Part shown: positions 1 to 7,758 of the stretch, piece by piece
How the letters are laid out: every line of letters begins with the position of its first letter
Position numbering within the stretch: position 1 is the first letter of the stretch
Virus record (IMG/VR): IMGVR_UViG_3300042922_000265
Coordinates: 103,374 to 167,373 of that record
Reading direction: 5' to 3' (one strand)
Origin: a virus
Length of the DNA: 64,000 nt
The notes under the pieces: model-generated
What the model was told of the DNA's origin: nothing
Database searches by the model: none
Seen by the model: only the letters and a program-made list of their open reading frames with translations
Position numbers and translations under genes: made by a program

Positions 1-2024
1 ATGGCCTCGGCGACATGCTGGTAGTGCTTGCGGCTCATGGCCTCCAGCAGCATGTTGTAGCCGTTGACGCTCAGGTCGTAGTGACGCGCGATCTTGAGGG
101 CGTGACCGGCCAGAGCGAGCTGACGGCTGGCTTCCTTCTTCTCGCTGGAGCCCGAGTCGCTGCCGCCGCCCGAGGACTCACCGCCTCCGGCGGGAGCCGC
201 AGGTGCTGCCGGGGCTGGCGGTGCCATACCGGCCTGCTGCGACGCGGCGGCTGCCGGGTCCACAGCGCTCTGCGGACTGACGTCCACGGTGCCTTCCGGC
301 GGGGTGACGTCCAGCGGATTGGCGGCCTGCTCGACCGACCGCGCGAACTCGATCGCCTGAACCGCCTGCTGCAGCGGGTCGATGATCATCTGGTATTCCT
401 GCGTCTTCTGGTCAACCAGCTGCGTGACAGCCTGGCCAGCCTGATCCAGCAGGGCACCGTTGTCTACACCAGGTGTAGTCGGAGCGGCAGGCGGAGCCGA
501 TGGGTCCGGGGCCGCTCCTGGTGCGGCAGGGGCAGCCGGGGCCGGAGCGGCGGCGGCGGGCTGCTCACCAAAAGACTGCTTGCGCCGTCCCATGTGCGGC
601 GGAGGTCCACCAGGACCTGACGACGGCCCTTGTGGGGCACCTCCGGCGCTTTCCATCAGGATCTGCTCCAGGGTGCCCGGAGGCAGGCCCAGCGCGTCCT
701 CGATCTGCTCTACAGCCACCAGTTCGGTATCCGGCGGTAGGGCTCCTGCGGCGTCGGGAGCGTATTCCTCGACTCCCGAGAAGTCATCCTGAGCCAGCGG
801 CGGAGCGTCTGACAGATCCGGCGGTCCCGGAGGTGCTTGCGGGTCGCCGGGCGGTGGCCCAGCAGGATCGCCGCCGTCTTCAGGACCGAGATCAGGTGGC
901 CCAGGCGGAGCTTCAGGATCACCAGCCGGTCCCGCATCGTCCGCCGGAGGGCCGGGTGCCTCTTCAGGCGCATCCGAAGGCGGGCCATCTTCACCCCCAT
1001 CCGAGAACGGGTTCTCCGACGAACCGCCACTGTCACTGTCTGACGAGTCGCCATCGTTGCTCTCGGTGTCGTCGGACTCCGACTCGCCGCCCTTCTCAGC
1101 CGCGCCCGACGGCGGTCCGTCGCTGTCGGTGTCGCTGCCCTCAGGACCGTCGGTGTCCTTGTCGTCCGAGCCGCTGCTGGACTCGCTGTCGTGGCTGTCC
1201 GACGAGTCATCGTCGTCGCAGTCGCAGTTCTCGTCGGCCTGGCGAATCAGGTTCGCGAGCATGAAGTAGGTGGAGTCGTCGATGCCGGTGTCGGCATAGT
1301 GGTTCAGGGTGGACAGCTTGGCCACGCGCAGACCGTTGTCGCTGGCGAAGTCCTTGTACAGCTCCACGGCCAGACGGCGCGCTTCCCGGTGAGTTCCGGT
1401 GTCGCCACCCTCGCTGAAATTGCGCTCGACCTTCTCTGGTCCGCCCTGGTCCACCGAGTCCAGGTAGGCGTCGAAGTTGCCCTCCGGGATCAGGTCACCG
1501 TCGTCGAAGTCCTCGGCCAGCAGCTGGCGCGCGGCGTGGCGCGGGTCCTTGTGCTTGGGGACGTTGGGGTCCTTGTTCTTGCCCTCGGCATCTGAGCCGT
1601 CCCCGGTGTTGGTCTCGACCTCATCGGTGACCGACTTGTCGCCGTCCTGGACTTTCTTGTACTGGGAATCGGAGATGGTGCGGCTGTCGCCGTCGCCATC
1701 ATCCTTCGGCTTCTTGGTGGGGTCGTCGGAGTTGTCCTCGCCCAGGGTGGCCACGAACTCACGCTTCATCGCGTTGTGAACGCGGCGCATGACTCCGGTG
1801 TTGGGGAAGGCTCCGGCAGCCTCGATGGTCTTGCGGATGTCCGCCTTGGCGTGGTGCCAGCGGTCCTCGAACTCGTCCTTGCCGGTGCTGCCCATGAGGA
1901 ACGGTCCGTAATCGTCCCGGACGTTCTGGACTGCGGTGGCCAGTCGGGTGGCTGCCACCCGTGCCTGCCGCTGTGGTGCCTGCTGGGCGTCTACATCCGC
2001 CTCAAACAGCCCGAAGTCACTCAT
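1..2024 (-). CDS. Large acidic/Pro-rich low-complexity protein, 3' end outside window (possibly virion-associated)
   Basis: ATG at 2024 preceded by GGGAGTGAGCAGGGA; hand translation stays open to the window edge (MSDFGLFEADVDAQQ...). Absent from the ORF track because no stop is in the window. Confidence 0.8.
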   Translation of the reverse strand, partial: MSDFGLFEADVDAQQAPQRQARVAATRLATAVQNVRDDYGPFLMGSTGKDEFEDRWHHAKADIRKTIEAAGAFPNTGVMRRVHNAMKREFVATLGEDNSDDPTKKPKDDGDGDSRTISDSQYKKVQDGDKSVTDEVETNTGDGSDAEGKNKDPNVPKHKDPRHAARQLLAEDFDDGDLIPEGNFDAYLDSVDQGGPEKVERNFSEGGDTGTHREARRLAVELYKDFASDNGLRVAKLSTLNHYADTGIDDSTYFMLANLIRQADENCDCDDDDSSDSHDSESSSGSDDKDTDGPEGSDTDSDGPPSGAAEKGGESESDDTESNDGDSSDSDSGGSSENPFSDGGEDGPPSDAPEEAPGPPADDAGPAGDPEAPPGPPDLGPEDGGDPAGPPPGDPQAPPGPPDLSDAPPLAQDDFSGVEEYAPDAAGALPPDTELVAVEQIEDALGLPPGTLEQILMESAGGAPQGPSSGPGGPPPHMGRRKQSFGEQPAAAAPAPAAPAAPGAAPDPSAPPAAPTTPGVDNGALLDQAGQAVTQLVDQKTQEYQMIIDPLQQAVQAIEFARSVEQAANPLDVTPPEGTVDVSPQSAVDPAAAASQQAGMAPPAPAAPAAPAGGGESSGGGSDSGSSEKKEASRQLALAGHALKIARHYDLSVNGYNMLLEAMSRKHYQHVAEA

Positions 2025-2089
2025 TCCCTGCTCACTCCCAGTTGAAGGTGTTCTACACCTTCTGGAAGCTGCTGCAGGTTTCTACAGGT

Positions 2090-2209
2090 TGGCTGGCCCT
2101 CCCCCGTTACAGGGGACCTCCCTCGCGCTCTCTCGACGGTCTATGCGCACTACTCCGTCGGTGCCCCGCTCAGTTCGCCACCGTCAGTTGCAACATCGGG
2201 TGGAGGCCA
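2090..2209 (-). ncRNA. Structured RNA with acceptor-like stem ending G-CCA
   Basis: 5' TGGCCT pairs with GGGCCA, followed by G-CCA; internal stems CCACC/GGTGG, CGACGG/CCGTCG and CCCC/GGGG; abuts the CUA tRNA. Confidence 0.45.
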
Positions 2210-2211
2210 TG

Positions 2212-2282
2212 CGGCCCATCCCGGAGTCGAACCGGGCTATCGCTGGGGTTAGAAGCCAGCTAGGTCGCCAGACCAATGAGCC
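2212..2282 (-). tRNA. tRNA with CUA anticodon (amber suppressor / tRNA-Pyl-like architecture)
   Basis: Acceptor GGCTCAT/ATGGGCC, G73; D arm GGTC-TGGC-GACC; anticodon arm GCTGG-C-TTCTAAC-C-CCAGC; T arm CCCGG-TTCGACT-CCGGG. Confidence 0.75.
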
Positions 2283-2283
2283 T

Positions 2284-2317
2284 TGGTGCTGCGGGTGGGT
2301 TTGACGCCACCCGCAAC
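2284..2317 (-). ncRNA. 34-nt minihelix ending ACCA (copy 1)
   Basis: GTTGCGGGTGG-CGTCAAAC-CCACCCGCAGC-ACCA. Confidence 0.65.
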
Positions 2318-2318
2318 G

Positions 2319-2380
2319 CGCCCGAGCGAGGCTTTGAACCTCTACACTCTCGCGCCTCCGAAGAGGTGCACGTCTCGGGC
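2319..2380 (-). ncRNA. tRNA-like RNA with a UUCG hairpin instead of D/anticodon arms
   Basis: Acceptor GCCCGAG/CTCGGGC, G73; T arm GAGG-TTCAAAG-CCTC; internal CCTC-TTCG-GAGG. Confidence 0.6.
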
Positions 2381-2381
2381 C

Positions 2382-2415
2382 TGGTGCTGCGGGTGGCCGT
2401 TAAGCCACCCGCAAC
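2382..2415 (-). ncRNA. 34-nt minihelix ending ACCA (copy 2)
   Basis: GTTGCGGGTGGC-TTAACG-GCCACCCGCAGC-ACCA (12 bp). Confidence 0.65.
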
Positions 2416-2416
2416 G

Positions 2417-2521
2417 TGACCGGGGAGGGAATCGAACCCAACCCCTTTCCCGGTTGCCCTGCTCTGGTGAGCGCTCACCTCGGCGATCTTCCCGGTTCCG
2501 GTGCTCCTATTGCACCCGGCC
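2417..2521 (-). ncRNA. tRNA-like RNA (T-loop plus acceptor-like stem, no canonical anticodon arm)
   Basis: GGCCGGG/CCCGGTC-A; GGG-TTCGATT-CCC T-loop; internal GGTGAG/CTCACC. Alternative folds are possible. Confidence 0.5.
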
Positions 2522-2522
2522 T

Positions 2523-2556
2523 TGGTGCCCCCGGTGGCTTTTACCCCACCGGGGAC
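2523..2556 (-). ncRNA. 34-nt minihelix ending ACCA (copy 3)
   Basis: GTCCCCGGTGG-GGTAAAAG-CCACCGGGGGC-ACCA; compensatory changes relative to copies 1 and 2. Confidence 0.65.
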
Positions 2557-2561
2557 AGGTC

Positions 2562-2924
2562 TTACATGGTGAAGGCGTTGCGTAGGCACAGCGGGTAGCT
2601 GGCGCAGAGCGCGGACGCTTTCTCTCCAGGTTCGATGGCGATAGCCGTGAACTCGTCACCGAGATCCGGTTCGACCACCTTGGAGACGACGAGATTGTGT
2701 CCCATGCTGGCCTCGGCGGCCAGAGTCAGGAGTTCGTTCTCGTCATTGACGTTGACGATCACGATGAAGTTGGACGTGCGAATCCACTCGCGCGTAACTT
2801 CGGGGTGCTCGTCGTAGAACTGAAAGGCTGCGTGACACGCCTGAGCGGTCTGCAAGCCTGGGGGGATGTCAGCCCGAACTGCGATGTACAGCTTGTCCAT
2901 CAGTTCGCGGGGCTTCTCATTCAT
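2562..2924 (-). CDS. Peptidyl-tRNA hydrolase, Pth2 family
   Basis: KLYIAVRADIPPGLQTAQACHAA, VVEPDL and TAIAIEP motifs. Confidence 0.8.
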   Translation of the reverse strand: MNEKPRELMDKLYIAVRADIPPGLQTAQACHAAFQFYDEHPEVTREWIRTSNFIVIVNVNDENELLTLAAEASMGHNLVVSKVVEPDLGDEFTAIAIEPGEKASALCASYPLCLRNAFTM

Positions 2925-3005
2925 CTACACCCCATCACTGTAGCACATAGGATCATCGGCCTGTCAACCATACTGACCACTATAGCATCTCTACAGGGTT
3001 TAGAG

Positions 3006-3087
3006 TAGCCGAAGTGGGACTCGAACCCACACGTCCGAAGACACGGCATTTTGAGTACCGCGCGTCTACCAGTTTCGCCATTCGGCC
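3006..3087 (-). tRNA. tRNA-Leu(CAA)
   Basis: Anticodon arm CGGTA-CTCAAAA-TGCCG, long variable arm, GTGGG-TTCGAGT-CCCAC; no encoded CCA. Confidence 0.92.
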
Positions 3088-3130
3088 ATCAGCTCGTCAT
3101 CTCCGGCCTGCAGTCCTCGGATGACTCACG

Positions 3131-3204
3131 TGCCCCTGGGGAGACTCGAACTCCCAACCACACGGGTTTAAACCGTGCCGCTCTACCAATTGGCGTACGA
3201 GGGC
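3131..3204 (-). tRNA. tRNA-Leu(TAA), short variable loop
   Basis: CACGG-TTTAAAC-CCGTG; GGGAG-TTCGAGT-CTCCC; A73. Confidence 0.88.
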
Positions 3205-3209
3205 CTACG

Positions 3210-3282
3210 TACTCCGAGCGGGACTCGAACCCGCACTGGGTGGCCTCTCAGACCACTGCCTCTGCCATTGGGCTACCGGAGC
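3210..3282 (-). tRNA. tRNA-Leu(GAG), short variable loop
   Basis: GTGGT-CTGAGAG-GCCAC; GCGGG-TTCGAGT-CCCGC; A73. Confidence 0.88.
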
Positions 3283-3287
3283 TTACG

Positions 3288-3373
3288 TACCTGGAGAGGG
3301 ACTCGAACCCTCACGACCGTCAAAGGCCACTGGATTCTGAGTCCAGCGCGTCTACCAATTCCACCACCCAGGC
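3288..3373 (-). tRNA. tRNA-Leu(CAG)
   Basis: CTGGA-CTCAGAA-TCCAG; long variable arm; GAGGG-TTCGAGT-CCCTC. Confidence 0.92.
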
Positions 3374-3401
3374 ATAGGTGCTGCTCTATTCAGTTGTCAC
3401 G

Positions 3402-3484
3402 CGGAAGGTAGAGGAATCGAACCCCCAGGAATCACCCCGCCCCGGTATTCGACGCCGGTTGCCGACCATTCAGCGGTACCCTCC
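3402..3484 (-). tRNA. tRNA-Ser(CGA)
   Basis: GGAGGGT/ACCTTCC-G73; CCGGC-GTCGAAT-ACCGG; long variable arm. Confidence 0.88.
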
Positions 3485-3496
3485 AAGGTTACTGCG

Positions 3497-3579
3497 CGGA
3501 AGGCGGGAGACTTGAACTCCACGGGGGTTAGTCCGTATCGGTTTAGCAAACCGACTGCATCACCTGATGCTCACCCTCC
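3497..3579 (-). tRNA. tRNA-Ser(GCT)
   Basis: GGAGGGT/GCCTTCC-G73; TCGGT-TTGCTAA-ACCGA; long variable arm. Confidence 0.9.
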
Positions 3580-3661
3580 ATAGCGAGGGCGAACGCCCTC
3601 AACCTACGAAAGTCGTAGGGAGGATGACAAACTCAGGCGTGTGAACATGGGATTGACTGTA

Positions 3662-5080
3662 TCAGAAGCTGTCGCGGCGGGTCAAGGGCCGCTTGGCACG
3701 CCAGTCCTCGTCACGCTGCTGGGCTAGCGGGCGGGCAACCTCCGACTCGGCGAAGGCCCGACCTTCGTCGCTCAAGTTCGGGCTGTGGTGCAGGTCAGGC
3801 TCGATGTTGTCGGTCACGTGATCAAACATCGCGGTGCCAACACCACGGCGCTGCCAATCCGGGTGGACTCGTAGGTCCCAGATCTCACCCTTCTTGCGCG
3901 GGTGATCGCCGATCCACTGCATGTGGCCGACCATCTGGTCACCGACGTGCGCCGAGATCGCAGGAAAGGCACCGGGGTCGACCTTCTCGCTGGGCTGGAT
4001 CACGTCGGGAAAGGGGGCGGCTCCAAGCGGGTGGTGCTGAAAGGTCAGCCCCTCCGGGTACGGACCGTTGAGACCAGCCATCTGGAGAACCCTATGGCCA
4101 CGTTCGGCCTTCGGACGGATGTCGACCATCTCGCCGATGCCGTATTTGTCATGGGTGACGATCCCGTCATGTCCCTTGGCGATCAGGGCGTCAGAAAGAG
4201 CTTGGCCGGTCGCGCCGCCATGGGCCTGACTCAGATCATGCTTCCAGTTGCCATCGTTGTGCGGCATGTACAGCGGGTTCTCGAAACTGACATTGCCGCG
4301 CTCCCACCCAGGGTGGGGCGTACCCGTGGCGTACTGGCCATCGGACATGTACCGGCCCCACGGCTCGACCTTCTGGGCATAGTCATCAGGACCGGCCCAC
4401 TGTCGCACGCCGCCGTTGTTGCGGATGTAGGGCATCGTCACGGCGGCAGTCCGATGAGCGTTCAGGACCATGTCGTTGGGCACGTGCTCGGGATGGTTCG
4501 GCGACCAGCGGATGTCCCAGGGAACGTCAGGGTGGTGCCCACGCCACTTCTTCGGCCACGGGCTGCCCTGCAGGGCTGCAGTGCGGTTCTGTGCCCTCTG
4601 GTCAGCCACCTGGAGGTAGGGCTTCATCTCGGCCTCATTCTGACCAGTGTAGGGGACATGGGCGGGCGTGTACTGCTTCACCGCCGTCCATCCCCAGTCC
4701 GCCGGGTTGTCCTCGGCCTTGGTGACGTGCTGGTCACCAGGATCGTGGTAATCCGGGTCAGACTGTGCCCAGGCGCGACCGGCGCTGGAGAAGTGATTGG
4801 AGTGCCGGATCGGGTAGCTGGCCTCGTAGGTGGCCGGATCGGACTGTGCGTGCTTGAGCATGGCGCTGGCCACGCCCATCCGCTGGAAGTCCGGGTGCAC
4901 GGTGATGGAATCGATCTCACCGTGCGGGTGCCAGTGCAGGTGGCCCAGAGGACGCCCATCCTGGGCGTGCCGCGCCATGATGCCGTTGGACCAGTGTGTG
5001 TCGAACGGCTCGAACGTCAGCGGTGGCAGGTCACCGTTTGCTCCAGCGGTGACGACTCCCCAGAGCCCCCAGGTGTCCAT
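3662..5080 (-). CDS. Multidomain protein with two GNAT acetyltransferase domains
   Basis: Two acetyl-CoA-binding motif A segments: VHPDFQRMGVASAML and VHPDWQRRGVGTAMF. Confidence 0.75.
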   Translation of the reverse strand: MDTWGLWGVVTAGANGDLPPLTFEPFDTHWSNGIMARHAQDGRPLGHLHWHPHGEIDSITVHPDFQRMGVASAMLKHAQSDPATYEASYPIRHSNHFSSAGRAWAQSDPDYHDPGDQHVTKAEDNPADWGWTAVKQYTPAHVPYTGQNEAEMKPYLQVADQRAQNRTAALQGSPWPKKWRGHHPDVPWDIRWSPNHPEHVPNDMVLNAHRTAAVTMPYIRNNGGVRQWAGPDDYAQKVEPWGRYMSDGQYATGTPHPGWERGNVSFENPLYMPHNDGNWKHDLSQAHGGATGQALSDALIAKGHDGIVTHDKYGIGEMVDIRPKAERGHRVLQMAGLNGPYPEGLTFQHHPLGAAPFPDVIQPSEKVDPGAFPAISAHVGDQMVGHMQWIGDHPRKKGEIWDLRVHPDWQRRGVGTAMFDHVTDNIEPDLHHSPNLSDEGRAFAESEVARPLAQQRDEDWRAKRPLTRRDSF

Positions 5081-5083
5081 CGG

Positions 5084-5308
5084 TCAGCCCTTGAGCGCCT
5101 TGATGCGGTCGGGCCGGAACCCCTGCCAGTGGGTGGCTTCGTCGACCACGACGACCGGCACACCAAGGTAGTTCAACGCCTCCACGGCGGCCTTGGCCGC
5201 CGGGTCGGTAGTGACATCGAGGACCTCATAGTCCACCCCGACCTTCTCCAGCTCCTGCTTGGTGAGCTTGCAGGGCTGGCAGCCGGGCTTGGTGTAGAGC
5301 ATGACCAT
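5084..5308 (-). CDS. nrdH: NrdH-like glutaredoxin
   Basis: YTKPGCQPC...VPVVVV...HWQGFRPDRI; TAGAAT -10 lies 6 nt upstream of the ATG. Confidence 0.92.
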   Translation of the reverse strand: MVMLYTKPGCQPCKLTKQELEKVGVDYEVLDVTTDPAAKAAVEALNYLGVPVVVVDEATHWQGFRPDRIKALKG

Positions 5309-5333
5309 GTGTATATTCTACCTTACTAGAGTA

Positions 5334-5762
5334 TTACTTAGGGAATTGCGAGCACTCGGGATACTGGTTCTTCTCCCGCGCTGCTGCCACCTTAGCCTGG
5401 TCCTTCTTGATTTCGGCGTTGACCGTGAAGAACCGCTGGAGAGCGGCCTTGTTCAGGTCAGCATTGCCCTCGCCCAGAGACAGATCGGTCACCAACTGCT
5501 CCCAGACCGCCTGGCGACGCTCGTCCAACTTGGCGATGTCGTCGTTGTACCCCACTCGGGTGGTCAGCACATTGACCACCTGCACGAGGCAGGCGTTGGT
5601 CTCGTTGGCGAACTCTGCCGTCGCTGCGGCCTGGTTTTCTACCTGATCAGCGGTCTGCTGAGTACGTACGCCGATCCACACGATGAAGAACGTCGCGATG
5701 ACCACGTAGGTCCAGAATCGCGAACTGTATGCGTAGGTCCCGTCAGCTTTCTTCTTGAACAT
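5334..5762 (-). CDS. Membrane-anchored protein
   Basis: ATG at 5762 (MFKKK...); N-terminal hydrophobic helix FWTYVVIATFFIVWIGV. Confidence 0.65.
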   Translation of the reverse strand: MFKKKADGTYAYSSRFWTYVVIATFFIVWIGVRTQQTADQVENQAAATAEFANETNACLVQVVNVLTTRVGYNDDIAKLDERRQAVWEQLVTDLSLGEGNADLNKAALQRFFTVNAEIKKDQAKVAAAREKNQYPECSQFPK

Positions 5763-5882
5763 CGTCGACCTTCCTATCACGCCAGAACTTGCAGTACAGA
5801 TGATGCGCGCCGACGCCAGCAAGGAACGACACCGGGGTCTGGTAGACAGCAAACCCCTGGATCGTTTCCATGATGGTGTTCA

Positions 5883-6110
5883 TCAGCCACCCTCATCCTC
5901 GTCGTCAGACTCAGATTTCTTGCTGCTGCTGTTCTTCTTGTCGATCGCCTCGTTGGCGAACCAGACACCGAAACTGGCCACCAAAAGCTGGTCGAGAACG
6001 GGGGGAGGAGTTGGGTCCCGCCATTGGAACAGTGCCCACAAGCACACCAGCAGAAACAAGCCGACCGTGGTCGGCTTGGTATCGGCCAGCGGGTTCTTCC
6101 ACTTCGCCAC
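5883..6110 (-). CDS. Small two-TM membrane protein
   Basis: GGAGG SD; two hydrophobic segments and an acidic tail. Confidence 0.65.
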   Translation of the reverse strand: MAKWKNPLADTKPTTVGLFLLVCLWALFQWRDPTPPPVLDQLLVASFGVWFANEAIDKKNSSSKKSESDDEDEGG

Positions 6111-6118
6111 TACCCCTC

Positions 6119-6583
6119 CTAGTAGAGGAGCTGATCGTCAAAGTCCTCGAACGTCGAGGTCTGAGCAGCCGCCACTTTCGGACGGTTGGGGATCAGCTCA
6201 GCCACCTGTGATACGAAAGCCTGCACAGCACGCTGCGCAGCTTCAGGAGTCCAGGTGGAGGTCAAAGTGCGGGCGTGCCGCTGAGCGCGGTACAGCGTTT
6301 CTGAGCGGCTCTCCGGGCATTCATGCTCGGCCAGGAAATTGCTCGCCTCCAGGCGCAGCGTCTGGGCCACCTTGCGGGGGACGCTGGACGTCTTCTCGGA
6401 CGGCTTGTCGTCGTCCCGATCCTCCCAGTTGTCTGGGTCCAGATCGTACTTCTCGTGCTCGCGCTGCGGTGCGTTCTTGGTCTCGGCCCAAGGGACACCA
6501 GCAGTACGGTGGGTCGGTCCTACCGACCGGCGCTGGATGTGCGCGGGCACCGCCAGCGGATCGCGCTCTGCATTCTTGAACAT
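6119..6583 (-). CDS. Hypothetical protein
   Basis: AGGAGG SD; packs with neighbouring genes. Confidence 0.75.
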   Translation of the reverse strand: MFKNAERDPLAVPAHIQRRSVGPTHRTAGVPWAETKNAPQREHEKYDLDPDNWEDRDDDKPSEKTSSVPRKVAQTLRLEASNFLAEHECPESRSETLYRAQRHARTLTSTWTPEAAQRAVQAFVSQVAELIPNRPKVAAAQTSTFEDFDDQLLY

Positions 6584-6618
6584 GGCAAGACCTCCTACCC
6601 ATTACGGGGAGAAGGAGA

Positions 6619-6921
6619 TCAAACCGCAGGGTCGCTGAGCGCCCGGTCGCGCGCCTCGCACCGGTCGTACCGGTAGACCTTGCCGCCCTTGACGCCGTCA
6701 CGCGGATCAGCCTTGCTGAACTCGTAGGCCAGAATGGCCAGGCTGTCATTGAGCAGTCGCTTCAGCTGCGGGTCACGAGCCTCGCTGATGCGCTGATTGT
6801 CGCAGGCGCGGTGTACGAAGAACATGTTGGGCCAACGGCCCTCGGTCTCGATGTCGGCGGTGTAGCCGTCCTGCTCTCCACCGAACAGCTCGACGTGGAT
6901 GGTTTTGGTCTTGATGGCCAT
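6619..6921 (-). CDS. Hypothetical protein
   Basis: AGGAGG SD before ATG 6921 (MAIKTK...). Confidence 0.7.
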   Translation of the reverse strand: MAIKTKTIHVELFGGEQDGYTADIETEGRWPNMFFVHRACDNQRISEARDPQLKRLLNDSLAILAYEFSKADPRDGVKGGKVYRYDRCEARDRALSDPAV

Positions 6922-6974
6922 GGAAGCATCCTCCTGTTCACCTATTCCAGGGGGTCCCAGGTTCCATCGCAGGG

Positions 6975-7334
6975 TCATTTGAAGTCGTCGGAATCGACGC
7001 CCTCACCGAAATATGGACCGCTCTTGTCGCGGTAACTCATCTCGAACTTCTCCAGCAGACTCTGGGCGAGCGCGTCGGTCACGCTGCCGGTGACCACGTA
7101 ATCGTGTTCAGTGAAAACCTGCTCGATGAACCCTCTCAGCTGGCGGTACCGGCGAGCCTCCTCGGCCTCTAGGGCCTCCAGGCGCGCCGCACGATCACGG
7201 AGGTGCTCCACGACACTGGCGACCGTGGCGATCTCATTCACTCCGCCCTCGGTCAGCTTGACCAAGGCGTTGGCCAGGCGGTCCAGGTCGGAGGCGCTCC
7301 AGTCCTCATAGGGGTCGAGTTGGTTGACCATCAT
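6975..7334 (-). CDS. Hypothetical protein
   Basis: Start overlaps the stop of the upstream gene. Confidence 0.7.
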   Translation of the reverse strand: MMVNQLDPYEDWSASDLDRLANALVKLTEGGVNEIATVASVVEHLRDRAARLEALEAEEARRYRQLRGFIEQVFTEHDYVVTGSVTDALAQSLLEKFEMSYRDKSGPYFGEGVDSDDFK

Positions 7335-7723
7335 CAGACCAACCGCTTTCCGACGCCGCCGGTGATCGGCACGCCAGAAACATCAGGGCCTGGGGCCGGT
7401 GCGGCAACGACTTCGCCCCGGTGATCATGCCATGGGCACAACTCGACTGCGGCAGACTCCACAATCGCGAAGGCTTCATCCTGATCGTAAAACCAGGGAG
7501 CCCCTCGGAAGGCGGCGATCACAGCGGTGCCGTTGTTGCTGTCCATCGCGGCACAGGCACCCCGGCCCTGAGCGACCATCAAGGCTGAGTCATGGACGAT
7601 CATCAGGTGGACGCCACCCAGGCGGTCTAGATAGCCAGGGACGTCCGCCTGCGCCGGAGATGCCATGATCATGGCTCCAGCTACGGACAGCATGCCTGCG
7701 AGTGCGAATTTTCCGATTGCCAT
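7334..7723 (-). CDS. Secreted DUF732-like protein (leaderless)
   Basis: Signal peptide ending AQA; G..AC...AIVESAAVELCP pattern typical of mycobacterial DUF732. Confidence 0.7.
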   Translation of the reverse strand: MAIGKFALAGMLSVAGAMIMASPAQADVPGYLDRLGGVHLMIVHDSALMVAQGRGACAAMDSNNGTAVIAAFRGAPWFYDQDEAFAIVESAAVELCPWHDHRGEVVAAPAPGPDVSGVPITGGVGKRLV

Positions 7724-7729
7724 AGCACA

Positions 7730-7758
7730 AGTATGTCAGACACTAGAACGTTTTGCAA
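7730..7758 (-). promoter_or_regulatory. SigA-like promoter with TTCTAG spacer box, leaderless
   Basis: TTGCAA-17-CATACT-6-ATG. Confidence 0.75.

Noticed and set aside
2284-2556. CRISPR mini-array (repeated TGGTGC...hairpin units)
   Set aside because: The repeats differ in loop and stem sequence, the intervening segments are 60-105 nt structured tRNA-like RNAs, and no cas genes are present.
2284-2556. Rho-independent terminators
   Set aside because: There is no U-tract on either strand; the hairpins end in ACCA and sit between tRNA-like units.
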